NCBI RefSeq assembly: GCF_030144855.1
Contig: NC_082712.1
Coordinates: 38,564,001 to 38,628,000, forward strand
Direction of reading: 5' to 3'
DNA: 64,000 nucleotides
Origin: Hypanus sabinus
Lineage: Eukaryota
Both the position numbers and the translations under genes were made by a program. Positions 25,603 to 36,690 of the stretch are shown in pieces. The number at the start of each line of letters is the position of its first letter. Within the stretch, counting starts at the first letter, position 1. The notes below the pieces were generated by a model, which saw only the letters and a program-made list of their open reading frames with translations, did no database searches and was not told the DNA's origin.

Positions 25603-26021
25603 TAATACAAGATAGTAAAGCTTTAAATGAGTTGAAACTTGGAGGGCAGAGCTTGGAAGGTCAGCCAGGCATACAAGTTATTAGTGGCAATCAGGATGCA
25701 TTAAGAACGCAGGCTCACAAGAATCTGGGTCATACAGTGCTTCAGTAGGAAGAATACAGTGGTGAATTACTCATTAGTTCATGCAATGGTTTTATGATTG
25801 GGTGTCACATGTGCATTTCTGATAAATATTACCTGCTGAGCCTATTTTAACAACAGCAGGGAAGGAGAAAATCTATTCCATTCATCACTCATAACCTTCC
25901 TAGGCAGATACTTAAATCAGTAGGGTTAGATTTAACATCTAAACACAACTTAGCTCACAAATTAGAAAAGCATGAAAAATGGTTAGCTTTGCTTTGGTTG
26001 CTAAGATCTGTTTTAACTAAC

Positions 26022-26168
26022 CTTAGAAGCTTCCATTATTATTTTGTTAATTTTTTCTTTATCCAAACCTCCCATTCCAGCTTTGTTATCATTAAGTCCT
26101 ATTCTGGACAGAATTCCAGCATCATTAGCAGTGGTGCTATCTTCGTTTTCTTTTGCAGTGCGTTCCAT
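26022..26168 (-). CDS. POLK: POLK first coding exon (N-terminus; exon probably starts at 26225)
   Basis: ATG at 26168 (gctatcATGG) to AAG|gttagt; MERTAKENEDSTTANDAGILSRIGLNDNKAGMGGLDKEKINKIIMEASK; strong polypyrimidine acceptor ttatttag at 26227-26226 implies a non-coding exon further upstream. Confidence 0.96.
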
Positions 26169-26779
26169 GATAGCTTCTGTTTTTCAATTTGTTTGTACCT
26201 TGATCTCTTCTTCTATATCCTAGTCCTAAATAAATAACAAGAAACAAAAAAAAAGTCTGATCAATTCTCAAAAAATTAAACAAGTTGACTCATTTTAAAA
26301 TTGTTGACCAGCTAAGCTCTACCATTCCTGCTTTTGATTCAGAACCCAACATCAGCAGTTCTACTTGTTTTCTACTGTTATGTCGTAGTATTAAGATTTA
26401 CTATGACAGCATTATTAAGGTCATTCAGTGTAAAAAAAATGTTTGAGGAAGGACTTAATGATTATGCTTTCAGATAGGTATCCACTTTCCTACACTACAC
26501 TACAATTGAACCTCCATCCACTACAACCCCTGGCAATGCATTTCAGCACGTAAGCATTATATATATATAAAAAAAATTTTTTTGTTCTTTTGTCAAACAC
26601 ATGTCTATTTTAATTCGTGGAGCCTTCACCAGTAAAAAAAATGTTTCTCAGTCTATTCTGCCTACACCTCAATATTCCCCATGGCCCTAACATTCAGTAA
26701 GTACTGTATATCAATACTCCTAAAGTGCTTCACCTTGCACTTAGCAGGATTAAATTCTAACTGCCATTACTCTGCCCAT

Positions 26780-27170
26780 CTGGGTGTCAACATCTCTGAA
26801 GATCTACCCTGCGCCCAACATATTAATGCAATTACAAAGAAGGGACAGCAGTGGCTATATTTCATTAGGAGTTTGAGGAGACTTGGTATGTCAGCAAATA
26901 CTCTTGCAAATTTCTAAAGACATACCATGGAGAGAAAGCATTCTAAATGGTTTCAGTACTGTCAGTGGAGGGGTTACTACAGGGTCAGAAAAATGCGGCA
27001 GGAAGTTACAAATTCAGCCAGCTCGCTCCATCGTGAGCACTAGCCTTCCCCGCATTGAGGATATCGTCAAAAGGCAGCACCTGTCACCTGGGTGACCCCC
27101 CCCCCCCACCCCCCGTTATCTAGGACATGTCCTCTTCTCATTGTTGCCATCAAGGAGGAGGAACAGGAGC
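26780..27170 (+). mobile_element. Rex1/L2-type LINE 3' fragment
   Basis: LGVNISEDL..AQHINAITKKGQQWLYFIRSLRRLGM and the HPGHVLFSLLPSRRR motif. Confidence 0.75.
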
Positions 27171-27632
27171 TGTGCAAAAGTCTTAGGCATATATATAGCT
27201 AGAGCACCCAAGAGTACTCTATTTGGCAATGTGGAGTGGACAGTGAATTTGTAAGTCTGGTGGGAGCAAAGGATGTTGGAAATGGCGAGGGTGGAGCACC
27301 ACAGGAGAGATGTGGGACAGGTGGCAAAGGAGAACCGTTTCGGGGGTGGCACAAGTGCAGAAACACCCAGCCCTAAGGCACCAGGCAAGGTCATATGATT
27401 CTAAAATAAAATTGGTTTATTTATTATTGCAGCATGTCTCTCTGATGTCTCCCGCTGCCCCCCTTCCCCTTTTCCCAACCATGATTCCCCTCTTCTTGTC
27501 CCCTTCCCACTCTCAGTCCACAATAGACACTCATATCAGAATCAGATTTATCATCAAACTTTTTTTTTGCAGCAACAGTACTATGCAATACATAAAATTA
27601 CTACAGTACCGTGCAAAAGTCTTAAGCACTCT
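27170..27632. mobile_element. Tc1/mariner-type MITE remnants (cagtac-gtgcaaaagtctt termini)
   Basis: Two copies of gtgcaaaagtctta(g/a)gca at ~27172 and ~27611, the second preceded by TA-CAGT; mixed with LINE tail sequence. Confidence 0.45.
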
Positions 27633-27641
27633 AACCATATA

Positions 27642-28287
27642 CAGGCATTCCCTGAATTACGAACGTCAACTTACAAACAACTCGTACTTATGAACAGCCT
27701 GCCATAAAGCTTATTTATTATATTAAAAATTTGTCCACTCAAGGAATGAGAACGCCGCCTGCCATTTTAAGTTGAATCACATTGCCGATAACACTGTGTT
27801 GAGTGTGCAACTTTGTATTTAGCTTAAATTTTGCTTAGCAAGATTCACCCTGACCCCCCTTTTCCAGTCAGCACTGCCCCTACCTGTCCCATTTAACCTG
27901 TCTCAGTGTGGGTGGACTTTAGAATCCAAGGGAGCTCAGGACCCTCCACCTACAGCTGCTGCTGAATCAACAGTGTTTCTGTTCCATTGACGGAAAACGA
28001 TCACGATTGAAAATAAAGTGGAAATACTAAAGCCATCGGAAAGAGGTGAAACACCATCAGTCATCGGAAAAGGGTTAGCTATAATCGGTCAATGATTGCG
28101 ACAATTTTAAAGGATAAAGTAAGAATAATGGAACATGTGAAAGGCCCTGCCCCAATGAAAGCTACAATTATTACTAAGCAACACAGTGGTTTAATGATTG
28201 AAAGACATGCGTTTCTTATGTGTTTTATATGCATAGAAAGGTAAAGTATATACTCAGACAAATGTTTGACTAACTGACGCTAAATAA

Positions 28288-28290
<3 letters not shown>
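27642..28290 (+). mobile_element. Tigger/pogo transposon 5' fragment
   Basis: TA|CAGGCATTCCC terminus; RKTITIENKVEILK.SERGETPSVIGK...RSMIATILKDK (CENP-B-type HTH) at ~27991-28120; right end lost at the microsatellite. Confidence 0.75.

Positions 28291-28367
<77 letters not shown>
28291..28367. repeat. (GA)38 microsatellite
   Basis: Perfect GA dinucleotide run. Confidence 0.98.
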
Positions 28368-28370
<3 letters not shown>

Positions 28371-29249
28371 TTCTTACTGTCATCTAGAGGTTTTTTTTAA
28401 ATGTATTGCTGCCACAAAACAACATACTTCAGGGCACATGGCAGTGATATTTTAATCCGGATTCTGGTTCTGATTTCCAATTAATCATAATCACCTTCCT
28501 ACCTTTGACTTCCTTAGTTTCAGCAACAATATACTGAATGCCTAGATCTCTGTTATTATACAACTTTCAGAATTGTGTTTGCTAGCTTATATTGTCACTT
28601 GCCAATCAAAATGTAATACTTCACATACTGTATGTTCTGTATTTTTCATTGGTGGTGTTCCTGCATTAAATTTCATCTGTCATGTATCTGGCTTGCCTCC
28701 TGCAATTCCATTACAATCCTCATAGTTTAATAAACTTCCATATTTATACTACCTCTTCTCATTCTATCAAAATGTAATACTTCACATTTTATCTTCTGCA
28801 TTTTTGCTTGGTGTCTTTTCTATAATTCTTATCTCCTATCAGCTTCTCTTTGAAATCTCCAACAATCAGCCAAATTCACTACACCAAGTTTTGTTTTGTC
28901 ATTTGTAAATTGTGGTTTGCACTCAAAACCCACAATTTTAAAGATGTCACAGCAAGCCAAAACAAACAATCCCAGGCTGGCTTTCACTAACTGTATGTTG
29001 TTCTAATCAAAGTCTTGAATGTTCTTCGGACAATCCATTTAAATTGTGCTTTGGGATGTACAGTTTTTTTGAGACTTTGTAGTTGCATAGTTTTGCTGAA
29101 CAAAGGAGTATTTCAAGATCCAGCTTTATTCTGTCTCCTGACTTCATATCTCATCAGTAGTTATCCGTGAGTGAACACAACAAATTAGCAATGAGGTGCT
29201 GTATTATATCGACATGGCAAGTTCAGCAGAAGACTTGTGCACAAGTCTA

Positions 29250-31065
29250 CAACAGCAGCAAATTCAATGGCAGCCCAGCTGAAGTTAATCGAAACTTTGA
29301 CCAGCAGTGAGTTAGTCATCAGCTGGACCACAGTGAGTCAGTGTCAAAAACTGAACAGAACTCATGTGAGTCAGTTGTACCCATTACCAACTTCCAGTTC
29401 GATGTCACTTTGGGAGTTACATTTGAATCATACCTTAAACGTTATAAAGATTTACTCTGGGTCGAGTTCACCAGTAAACTCCGCTTGTAGAAGACATGCA
29501 CTTTGCTCCGCAAATGGAGTACTGCTGAACATGAGCATTATTTCAACATCATTCTGCTCAAGAACCCATGTGACCTATCATTTAACATTTAACACAACTG
29601 TCCAACAGCTAACAAGCATTTTTGGAGGGCAGTCATTTCTGTTCAGTGTTTGCTATCAATGCCTGAAACTCATTAAATATGACACCAATTGACTTCAACA
29701 CATATGCCAGTGTCATCAATCACAAATGTAAAAAGTTCAAGCTAGGTAACATGACTGAATCACAGTTTAAATGTCCGATTTTTATTTGTAGACTTCAGGC
29801 ACTTGGCGAAGCAGAGATTTGCAAACGGATCCTGGCCAAACTGGAGCAAGACCCTGATATGACTTTACAAGCTGTCACTCAAGAATGTCAGTGTTTGATC
29901 AACCTGAAACATGATTCCAACCTGGTTGAACAGCCCAAACATCAACACTCAGCAGATCTCCAAGTGACCAAACACAGCTTGTTGGAACTGTGGTGCATGG
30001 CATTACACAAGAATCTGCCAATACAGTACAAGAAACTTATTTATAGCAAATGCCAACACCATAGTCACAAAGAAGATTTTTGCCATCTTTCAATCACTTC
30101 TGGGCAAGAAGGACAAAAGCCATGAAAATCTATGAAGAGTTCAATAGTCACATTCAAATTTGACTTTACCCCCAGGAGATGGTACGTCAACATACTTATC
30201 AACAATGAGCTGGTCAAGCTATAACAGCGTCAGACATGACCATAATCTCCAAACGCATGTGCCGGGCACTTGGCTCCCCACCAGTTAAATTAACTTATCA
30301 TTCTGCCTGCAATGCATCAGGTGGAACCCTCCAGCTGATCGGCGAATTGCACTGCATGTTGAAGCTGAATTGTAACCAATGGTGCGTGTTACCTAACAAA
30401 CCAGACAAATCCGAATGTTCTTAGCATTGACTGGATGAACAAGCTTGATATCTGGAGACCCCGCTGAATGAGGCCTGTACAAAGAAACTAGTCGTTCAAA
30501 TCACAGCAGTCGACACAATACTACCATCAGTGAGACCGTGCAACAACAACTGCAACAGCAGCATGCAGCAGTGTTTCATCCTGGTGTATACAGCTAACCA
30601 TCCACAAAAGTGGGCAACGATTTAATTAGCCTACTGATTTTGAAATCAAGTACACATCAAACCAGTGCGCTCTCCAGACTTATGACTCAGCAGATTGCTG
30701 AAAACAAAGACAGTTGTGGCTGCAATTATAGTGGATTCCAAAGTCCACTGGGAAGTATGGGATGCTGCTGAATGTCCTCTGGTCACGGTCCACAAGATCT
30801 GAGCAGAAATGGCTGTAGATCTTCTTCTTCAGCACATCAGCAGATACCTCATCAATGGATGGTCAGTTAAGGTGAGGAAGATGTCGTACTCTTTTACCAT
30901 GTCATACATCACACCCAACTGTGACCTAATATTTGGAGAGAGCGTAGTGACTCCACGAACACTTTGACCAAAGGTATTGAAACCATTCCACTAAGGTCAC
31001 TCGGGTATCAATTGAATGAAAGCACTGGCAAGAAGCCATATATACTGGCCAGTCATAGATAAAGA
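29250..31065 (+). mobile_element. Ty3/Gypsy LTR-retrotransposon internal remnant (gag, protease, integrase start; RT deleted)
   Basis: Gag-like EICKRILAKLEQDPDMTLQAVTQECQCLINLKHD, protease-like TASDMTIISK, integrase zinc-binding GHSGIN*MKALARSHIYWPVIDKD at ~30995-31065. Confidence 0.75.
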
Positions 31066-31129
31066 TTAGGATGCAAGCAGTGAACTCAGTGCTCTATGGC
31101 AGCAAAGAATCCAAGTCGAGCAAATCCAC

Positions 31130-32030
31130 AACCTGAAGGAAGGAACATTATGTAAATTTGCCAATGATACAAAAGTAGGTGGAAGGGCATATTGTGATAA
31201 GGAGACTGCGATTGTGCAACAGGATATAGGCAGATTGTATAAGTGGGCAAAAGGTTGCCAAATTAAGTTTATGGTGGGAAAGTATGATGTCATGCACTTT
31301 AGTAAGTAAAATCAAAAGGCAGATTATTATCTAAACAAAGATCAAGATGTTCCAGTACATGAGTCAAAACAGGTCCAACAAGTAGTTAAGGCAGCAAACA
31401 CCATTTTGGTCTTCATTACAAAGGGACTGGAGTCTGAAAACAGGGAGGCTTTGTTCAATTGTACATGGTGTTGGTGAGGTCTCATCTGGAATACAGTATA
31501 TAGTTTTCATCCATTCACTTAAAAGCAATATATAGTAGCACTGGTGAGGCTATAAAGGATAATTCCTGAGATGCGAGATTCTTGTCCTACAAAGAAAGTC
31601 AAAATAGTTTGGGCTATGTTCCTTGAAGTTTTTAAGAATGAGTTGTTAAGAATAAGTTTTTAAGAAGCTTATAGAGGAATAAAATACCTTAAGTGGGCTG
31701 GACATGATAGATGTTGGGATGTTTTTGCTAGTGGAAGAACCTTGGACTACAGAACATAAACAAGGTAAGGGTCCATTCATTTAAACTAAGTACAAAGAAA
31801 TCTGATCTTGCAGAGGGCAGTGAGTATCTGGAACTTTCTGCCCCAGTGGGTGATGGAAGCTGAATCATTAGCTGTACTAACAGTGGAGGAGATAAATATT
31901 TGATATTTCAAGCATGTAAAATTGACAAAGAAAAATTAAGATCAGAGATCAACCATGATCATATTAGATGGTGAAAAAGGCTTGAAGGGTCTGATAGCTC
32001 ACTCCTCTTCTATATCCTTGTGCTCCTATA
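31130..32030 (+). mobile_element. CR1 LINE RT 3' remnant
   Basis: CKFANDTKVGG, VQQDIGRLYKWAKGCQIKFMVGKYDVMHF, LVRSHLEY. Confidence 0.8.
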
Positions 32031-32189
32031 TAAAACTGTACAATCCCAATTAAATTATTGCTGACCCCTTACCACTTATCAGTCTTCAATTTACTTTTCA
32101 GCAATTAGATTGTGAATGGTCATAATGGGAAGACTTTGGCAATATTGTTAGCTGATATATTTCTATACTTCCTTCTGATATAGGAGACT

Positions 32190-32485
32190 ATTTTGACCCA
32201 CTGAATCTATACTAAACATCAGAATAACCCAACCTATCATTATTATTTTTGTAACCTATTCTTCCTACATTTCCTATCAACTTCCCCAGAATTCAATACC
32301 CACCTACAGCAGGGGCAATCTGCAGGGGCTAATAAACCTTTGTCACATGGGCGGAAATCTGAACACTTGGAGGAAACCTACGTGATAACGGAGAATGTAG
32401 ATTCCGTAAAGGCAGCACCCATTGTCAGCACGAAACTCTGGTCATGGGAGCTGTGATACAGTAACTTTATTAGCTGTGCCCAATG
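32190..32485 (-). mobile_element. V-SINE-like element, decayed
   Basis: Reverse complement of the SINE core (gaggaaacctacgtgataacggagaatg) and head. Confidence 0.55.
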
Positions 32486-32629
32486 CACTTTAGTCGGGTG
32501 ACTCTTGACCATCCAGATGGTACAGGGAAATGAGATTATATTGGTCCAAATTATGCTGGAATGGACTTTGTATAGAATGCAGCACCAGTGTGACATGTTC
32601 CCCTGCTGGAAAGAAAGATTTCCCAGACA

Positions 32630-33075
32630 TAGAAACACGGAAAATGCCAAACATATCCTTACCTTAGAACTACCTAGGCTTACCCATAACCCTCTATTTT
32701 TCTAAGCTCCACATATCTATCCAGGAGTCTCTTAAAAGACCCTATCGTTTCCACCTCCGCCATCACTACTCTGTACCTATTGCCAAACACCTTAAAACTA
32801 TGCCCTCTCACTCTAGCCAGTCTGCCCTGGGAAACAGCCTCTGACTATCCACACGATCAATCTTGTACACCTCTATCAGATCACCTCTCATCCTCCGTCG
32901 TTCCAAGGAGAAAAGGCCAAGTTCATTCAACCTATTCTCATAAGGTATGCTCCCCAATCCAAGCAGCAGCCTTGTAAATCTCCTCTGCACCCTTTTTATG
33001 TCCTTCCTGTAGTGAAACGACCAGAATTGAGCTCAGTACTCCAAGCGGGGTCTGACCAGGGTCCTATATAGCTTG
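32630..33075 (-). mobile_element. CR1 LINE 3' fragment
   Basis: LYRTLVRPRLEY and [42 protein letters not shown]. Confidence 0.85.
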
Positions 33076-34269
33076 GCTCTTAAACACAATCCCATGAATG
33101 ATGAAGTGAATGAAAAGTTCAGTTCCTTAACTGAGAAAATTTGAGATTGAGAAAGAGGCAGGAATGATAAGACAAGTAAGTCAGATGAATTAGTCAAATC
33201 AGAAACAGAAATAGGAAATGGGGAAACAAAGGCTGTTATATCAAAGAGAAAGAGACAGGAAAATAAGAGAGAAAGCAACATTTCTCAATTTCTGTCTGAA
33301 ACTTGAAGCTCCTCAATTAAACTAACCTCTTTTAGATTTACTGTACATTCTTCCAAAGTCACTTAATATCTTAGCTGAGACTATTTTATATTGTAAAGTT
33401 TCATCTTACTGTTGTAATGAATTTGTTCTTTAATGTAAGCACACAATACTCTAATTACAGTGAGGATGACTTATTTTAACAAGTCCAACCTCAGAGTATC
33501 ACACCATCTATCATCTTCTGTGGTTTAGTTTATAGAAAAATAATGTGCACATTTTGTTTTAGCATTTTTACTGCACCGAGATCAAATTCAAATTGCATTT
33601 AAATATCTGTAAAAGTGCCACAGGAGGTCTTGATGCACGCTGAAATTGTAGTTCATAAGATAAATAATACCATATCTGAGTAAATTTTAACAGTTTCCAT
33701 GTATATACATCTTAAACATAGCAAAACACTGAGGCACTTCAGAGGAGGATTATCAAACTAAAATTAAAACCATCCTGCATGGGAAATATCAGGGTGTATT
33801 TTGAGAACACTTTAAGGTTTAAGGAGAAAATTCCAAATAGTAGGGCCATGGCTACCAATGTTCCAGTTTTTCAATTTGGAAAGAGGTAATAGACAAGAAT
33901 TATAAGACAACATATAAACGAAGAGTGGTGTTACAGCACATATATTTGAATAAAAAGTGAGAAATCTTATTTTTAAAAAAGTGTTATTTAAATAGAATGA
34001 GATGTGAGTCAGCAAGTACAGATGTGAAAAATGAGGGTGGCTTTTTGCCAAGTCAAAGACGAGAAATAGTATTTTGGCAACCTCAAGTTCACATAGGCTG
34101 ATCAGGACCAGTAGGAGTTGAAGATCCATGAAGGTTTTAGCAACAGATAATCTGAAACACGGAAGAGTGCGACCAACAGCAAAGAAGTGGAAATAAGCCC
34201 TCTTAGTGAGGTCGGAATGTAGTCTAAATTACATTGAAAATGTGAATATTTGTGTAAGATTACTTTTTT

Positions 34270-34850
34270 CCCCCCGGAAAGAGGTTAAATTAACGGATAA
34301 CGATAGCGATCTTCTCTCCGGGACCATCACTAAAATTCTCTCAACCCAGGCATCACTGGGGCTTCTTAAGGAGCCGAGCCACTGATTTGCAACAAGTGAA
34401 CCATTTACAGTTTAGCGACAGGACGCAGACTTTGTGAATTACCGCCTAACGCTATGTGAAATACTTCAGCATCAAGTCCCATAACTTGCACAACTTCCGG
34501 TGCTGGGAACTGAACGATGCCCTTAAAGAGAAATCCGAGCAAATCCCCCACCATGAAGTTCATGTGGCGAAATAACACCAGCTTTACCAGAAACGTTACC
34601 GCGCTCTTGCTAAATGTAGCTTTTTAAAGACACTCATCTCACCACCAGCTGCCACTTTATCATTAGGGCGACCGTGACTGCGTCACTTCCGCACAACCAG
34701 GGATCCACATCCGAGTGACGGGTGGGATGTTGCAATCCTTCTGTCTCCGCTCTGAGAATGAAACTTTAATTCCGTTTCGGGAGAGTATTTCACCATTCAT
34801 TCAGTTTCGTACATGTGCTGCCCCGTTCTGTCATCGCACCTTGACAAATG
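34270..34850 (-). promoter_or_regulatory. POLK: CpG-enriched promoter-like region; candidate POLK promoter and non-coding exon 1
   Basis: Local CpG excess in non-repeat DNA; ETS core ACTTCCGG (34493-34500); overlapping ETS/CRE-half motif GCGGAAGTGACGC on - strand (34692-34680); ZNF143-like TTCCCAGCA (- strand 34501-34509); candidate - strand donors GTG|gtgaga (34643) and GCG|gtaacg (34600). Confidence 0.6.
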
Positions 34851-34852
34851 AC

Positions 34853-35850
34853 ATAAGAGATTTTGCAGATGCTGAAAATCTTGAGCAATACACACAAAAT
34901 GCTGGAGGAAATTGGCAGGCGGCATCTATGGGGGGAACAGACAGTCAACGTTTCGGGCTGAGACTATCAATCAGGATTGGAAAGGAAGAGGGCAGGAACG
35001 AGAATTTTAGAAAAAAGGTAGGAGAGGAGCACAAGCTGGCAGGTGGTGGTAAGTCCAGGTGAGAGAGGGGAGGGGAAAATGAAAGGAATAATGTGAGAGG
35101 GTGATAGGTGGACGAGGCAAACGGTTGAAGGAGGAATCTTAAAAGAAGGTTGTAGGCATTGGAATAAAGGAGAGAAAGTGGGGAACCATAGGAAGGTAAT
35201 GGGTCGGTTGTGATGGCATTATTGGGGGGGGGGTCCACTTCATTACACACCTTCACTGCATCTGCTGCAACAGCCAGGATCTACCGATGGCCACCCATTT
35301 CAAATGCACTTCCTATTCCCACACTGACATGTCCACTACAGCCTCCACTGCCATGTTGAGACCTGACGAAGACTGGTGGAGCAATTGTATTCCACCTGGT
35401 TATCTCTAGTCTGATGACACTAACATTGATTTCTCTAACTTCCCATAACCACTCCAGTCTGTTCCTCCCACCCCCCCCCCACCTTTGTTTCCCTCCTTCC
35501 TGTGCCCGACACCCCTTCTCCTTCCTCATCTTCACGACATGACTATCATCTCCCTCTGGTTCCCACCTTTCCTTTATTCCATGATCTACTGTCCTCTCCT
35601 TTCAGATTCCTTCTTGAGCCCTTTGCCTCTTCTACCCATCACCTAGCTTCTCACATTCCCTTTCATCCCCATTCACCTACCTTCTCCCCCTTACCTGGAC
35701 TCGTCTATAACTACCCCTACCTTTTTATTTTGGTTTCTGCCCTCTTCCTTTCCAGTCATGATAAAGATTCTTAGTCAGGGTCACCAATTGTTCATTTTCC
35801 TCCAGATGCTGCCTGACCTGCTGAGTTCCTCCTGCATTTTATGTGTGTTT
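34853..35850. mobile_element. Inverted (tail-outward) Penelope-like structure
   Basis: 34853 to ~35230 is a 3' end on - strand; ~35235-35850 is GIY-YIG C-terminus plus 3' end on + strand; hammerhead-like motif at ~34941-34979. Confidence 0.75.
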
Positions 35851-36079
35851 CCACAGTACTGTGTGCATTTCTGACTGCAGCACTTCGAGAAAAAGATATA
35901 ATCCAATTTGCTAAATTCTGGGATTTGATTAACCCAAGAGAGACCAACTCAGTAAGGATACTTTAATCAAAGTCTCTGCAACATTAACACTGTATTAACC
36001 AACTGTCTTTCAATATTCATTTTGTCATTTTGAGTGCATTATCTTCCATATCTTATTTCATAAACAACTCTATTCATCA

Positions 36080-36690
36080 CAACACTCTCAAAATGCTGGA
36101 GGAACTCACAAGGCCAGGCAGCATCCATGGAAATGAAGTTAATGAATCGGGCTAAGACCCTTCTTCAATACTGGAAGGGAAGGAGAATTATACAAGAATA
36201 AAAAGGTGGGGGGTAGGGGCAGAAGGGTAACTAGAAGGTGATAGATGAAGTTAGGAAAAGTAAAGGGTTGAGAAGAAGGAATCTGATAGGAGATGAGAGT
36301 GGACTATAGGAGAAAGGGAAGGAGAAGCGGCACCAGGGGAAAGTGATATGCGGTTGAGAAGAGGTAAGAGACCAGAGTGGGAAATAGAGGAGGGATTTTT
36401 TTAACTGGAAGGAGAAATCAATATTTGCACTATCAGGTTGGAGGCTACCCAGACGGAATGTAAGTTGTTGCTCCTCCACCCTGTGGATGGCCTCATCGTG
36501 GCACAAGAGCAAAACTTAGACTGACATGTCGGAATGGGAATGGAAATCAGAATTTAAATATTTGTGCACCAGGAAGTTCCGCTTTTGGCAGTTGGAGTGG
36601 AGGTGGTTCTAGAAGCGATCCCCCAATTTACAATGGATCTCACCTTAGTAGAAGAGGCTGCATCATGAGCACCTGACACAATAGACCAAT
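36080..36690 (-). mobile_element. Penelope-like element 3' fragment
   Basis: CHDEAIHRVEEQQLTFRLGSLQPDSANIDFS (ORF 36231-36512) plus the family terminus. Confidence 0.8.
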
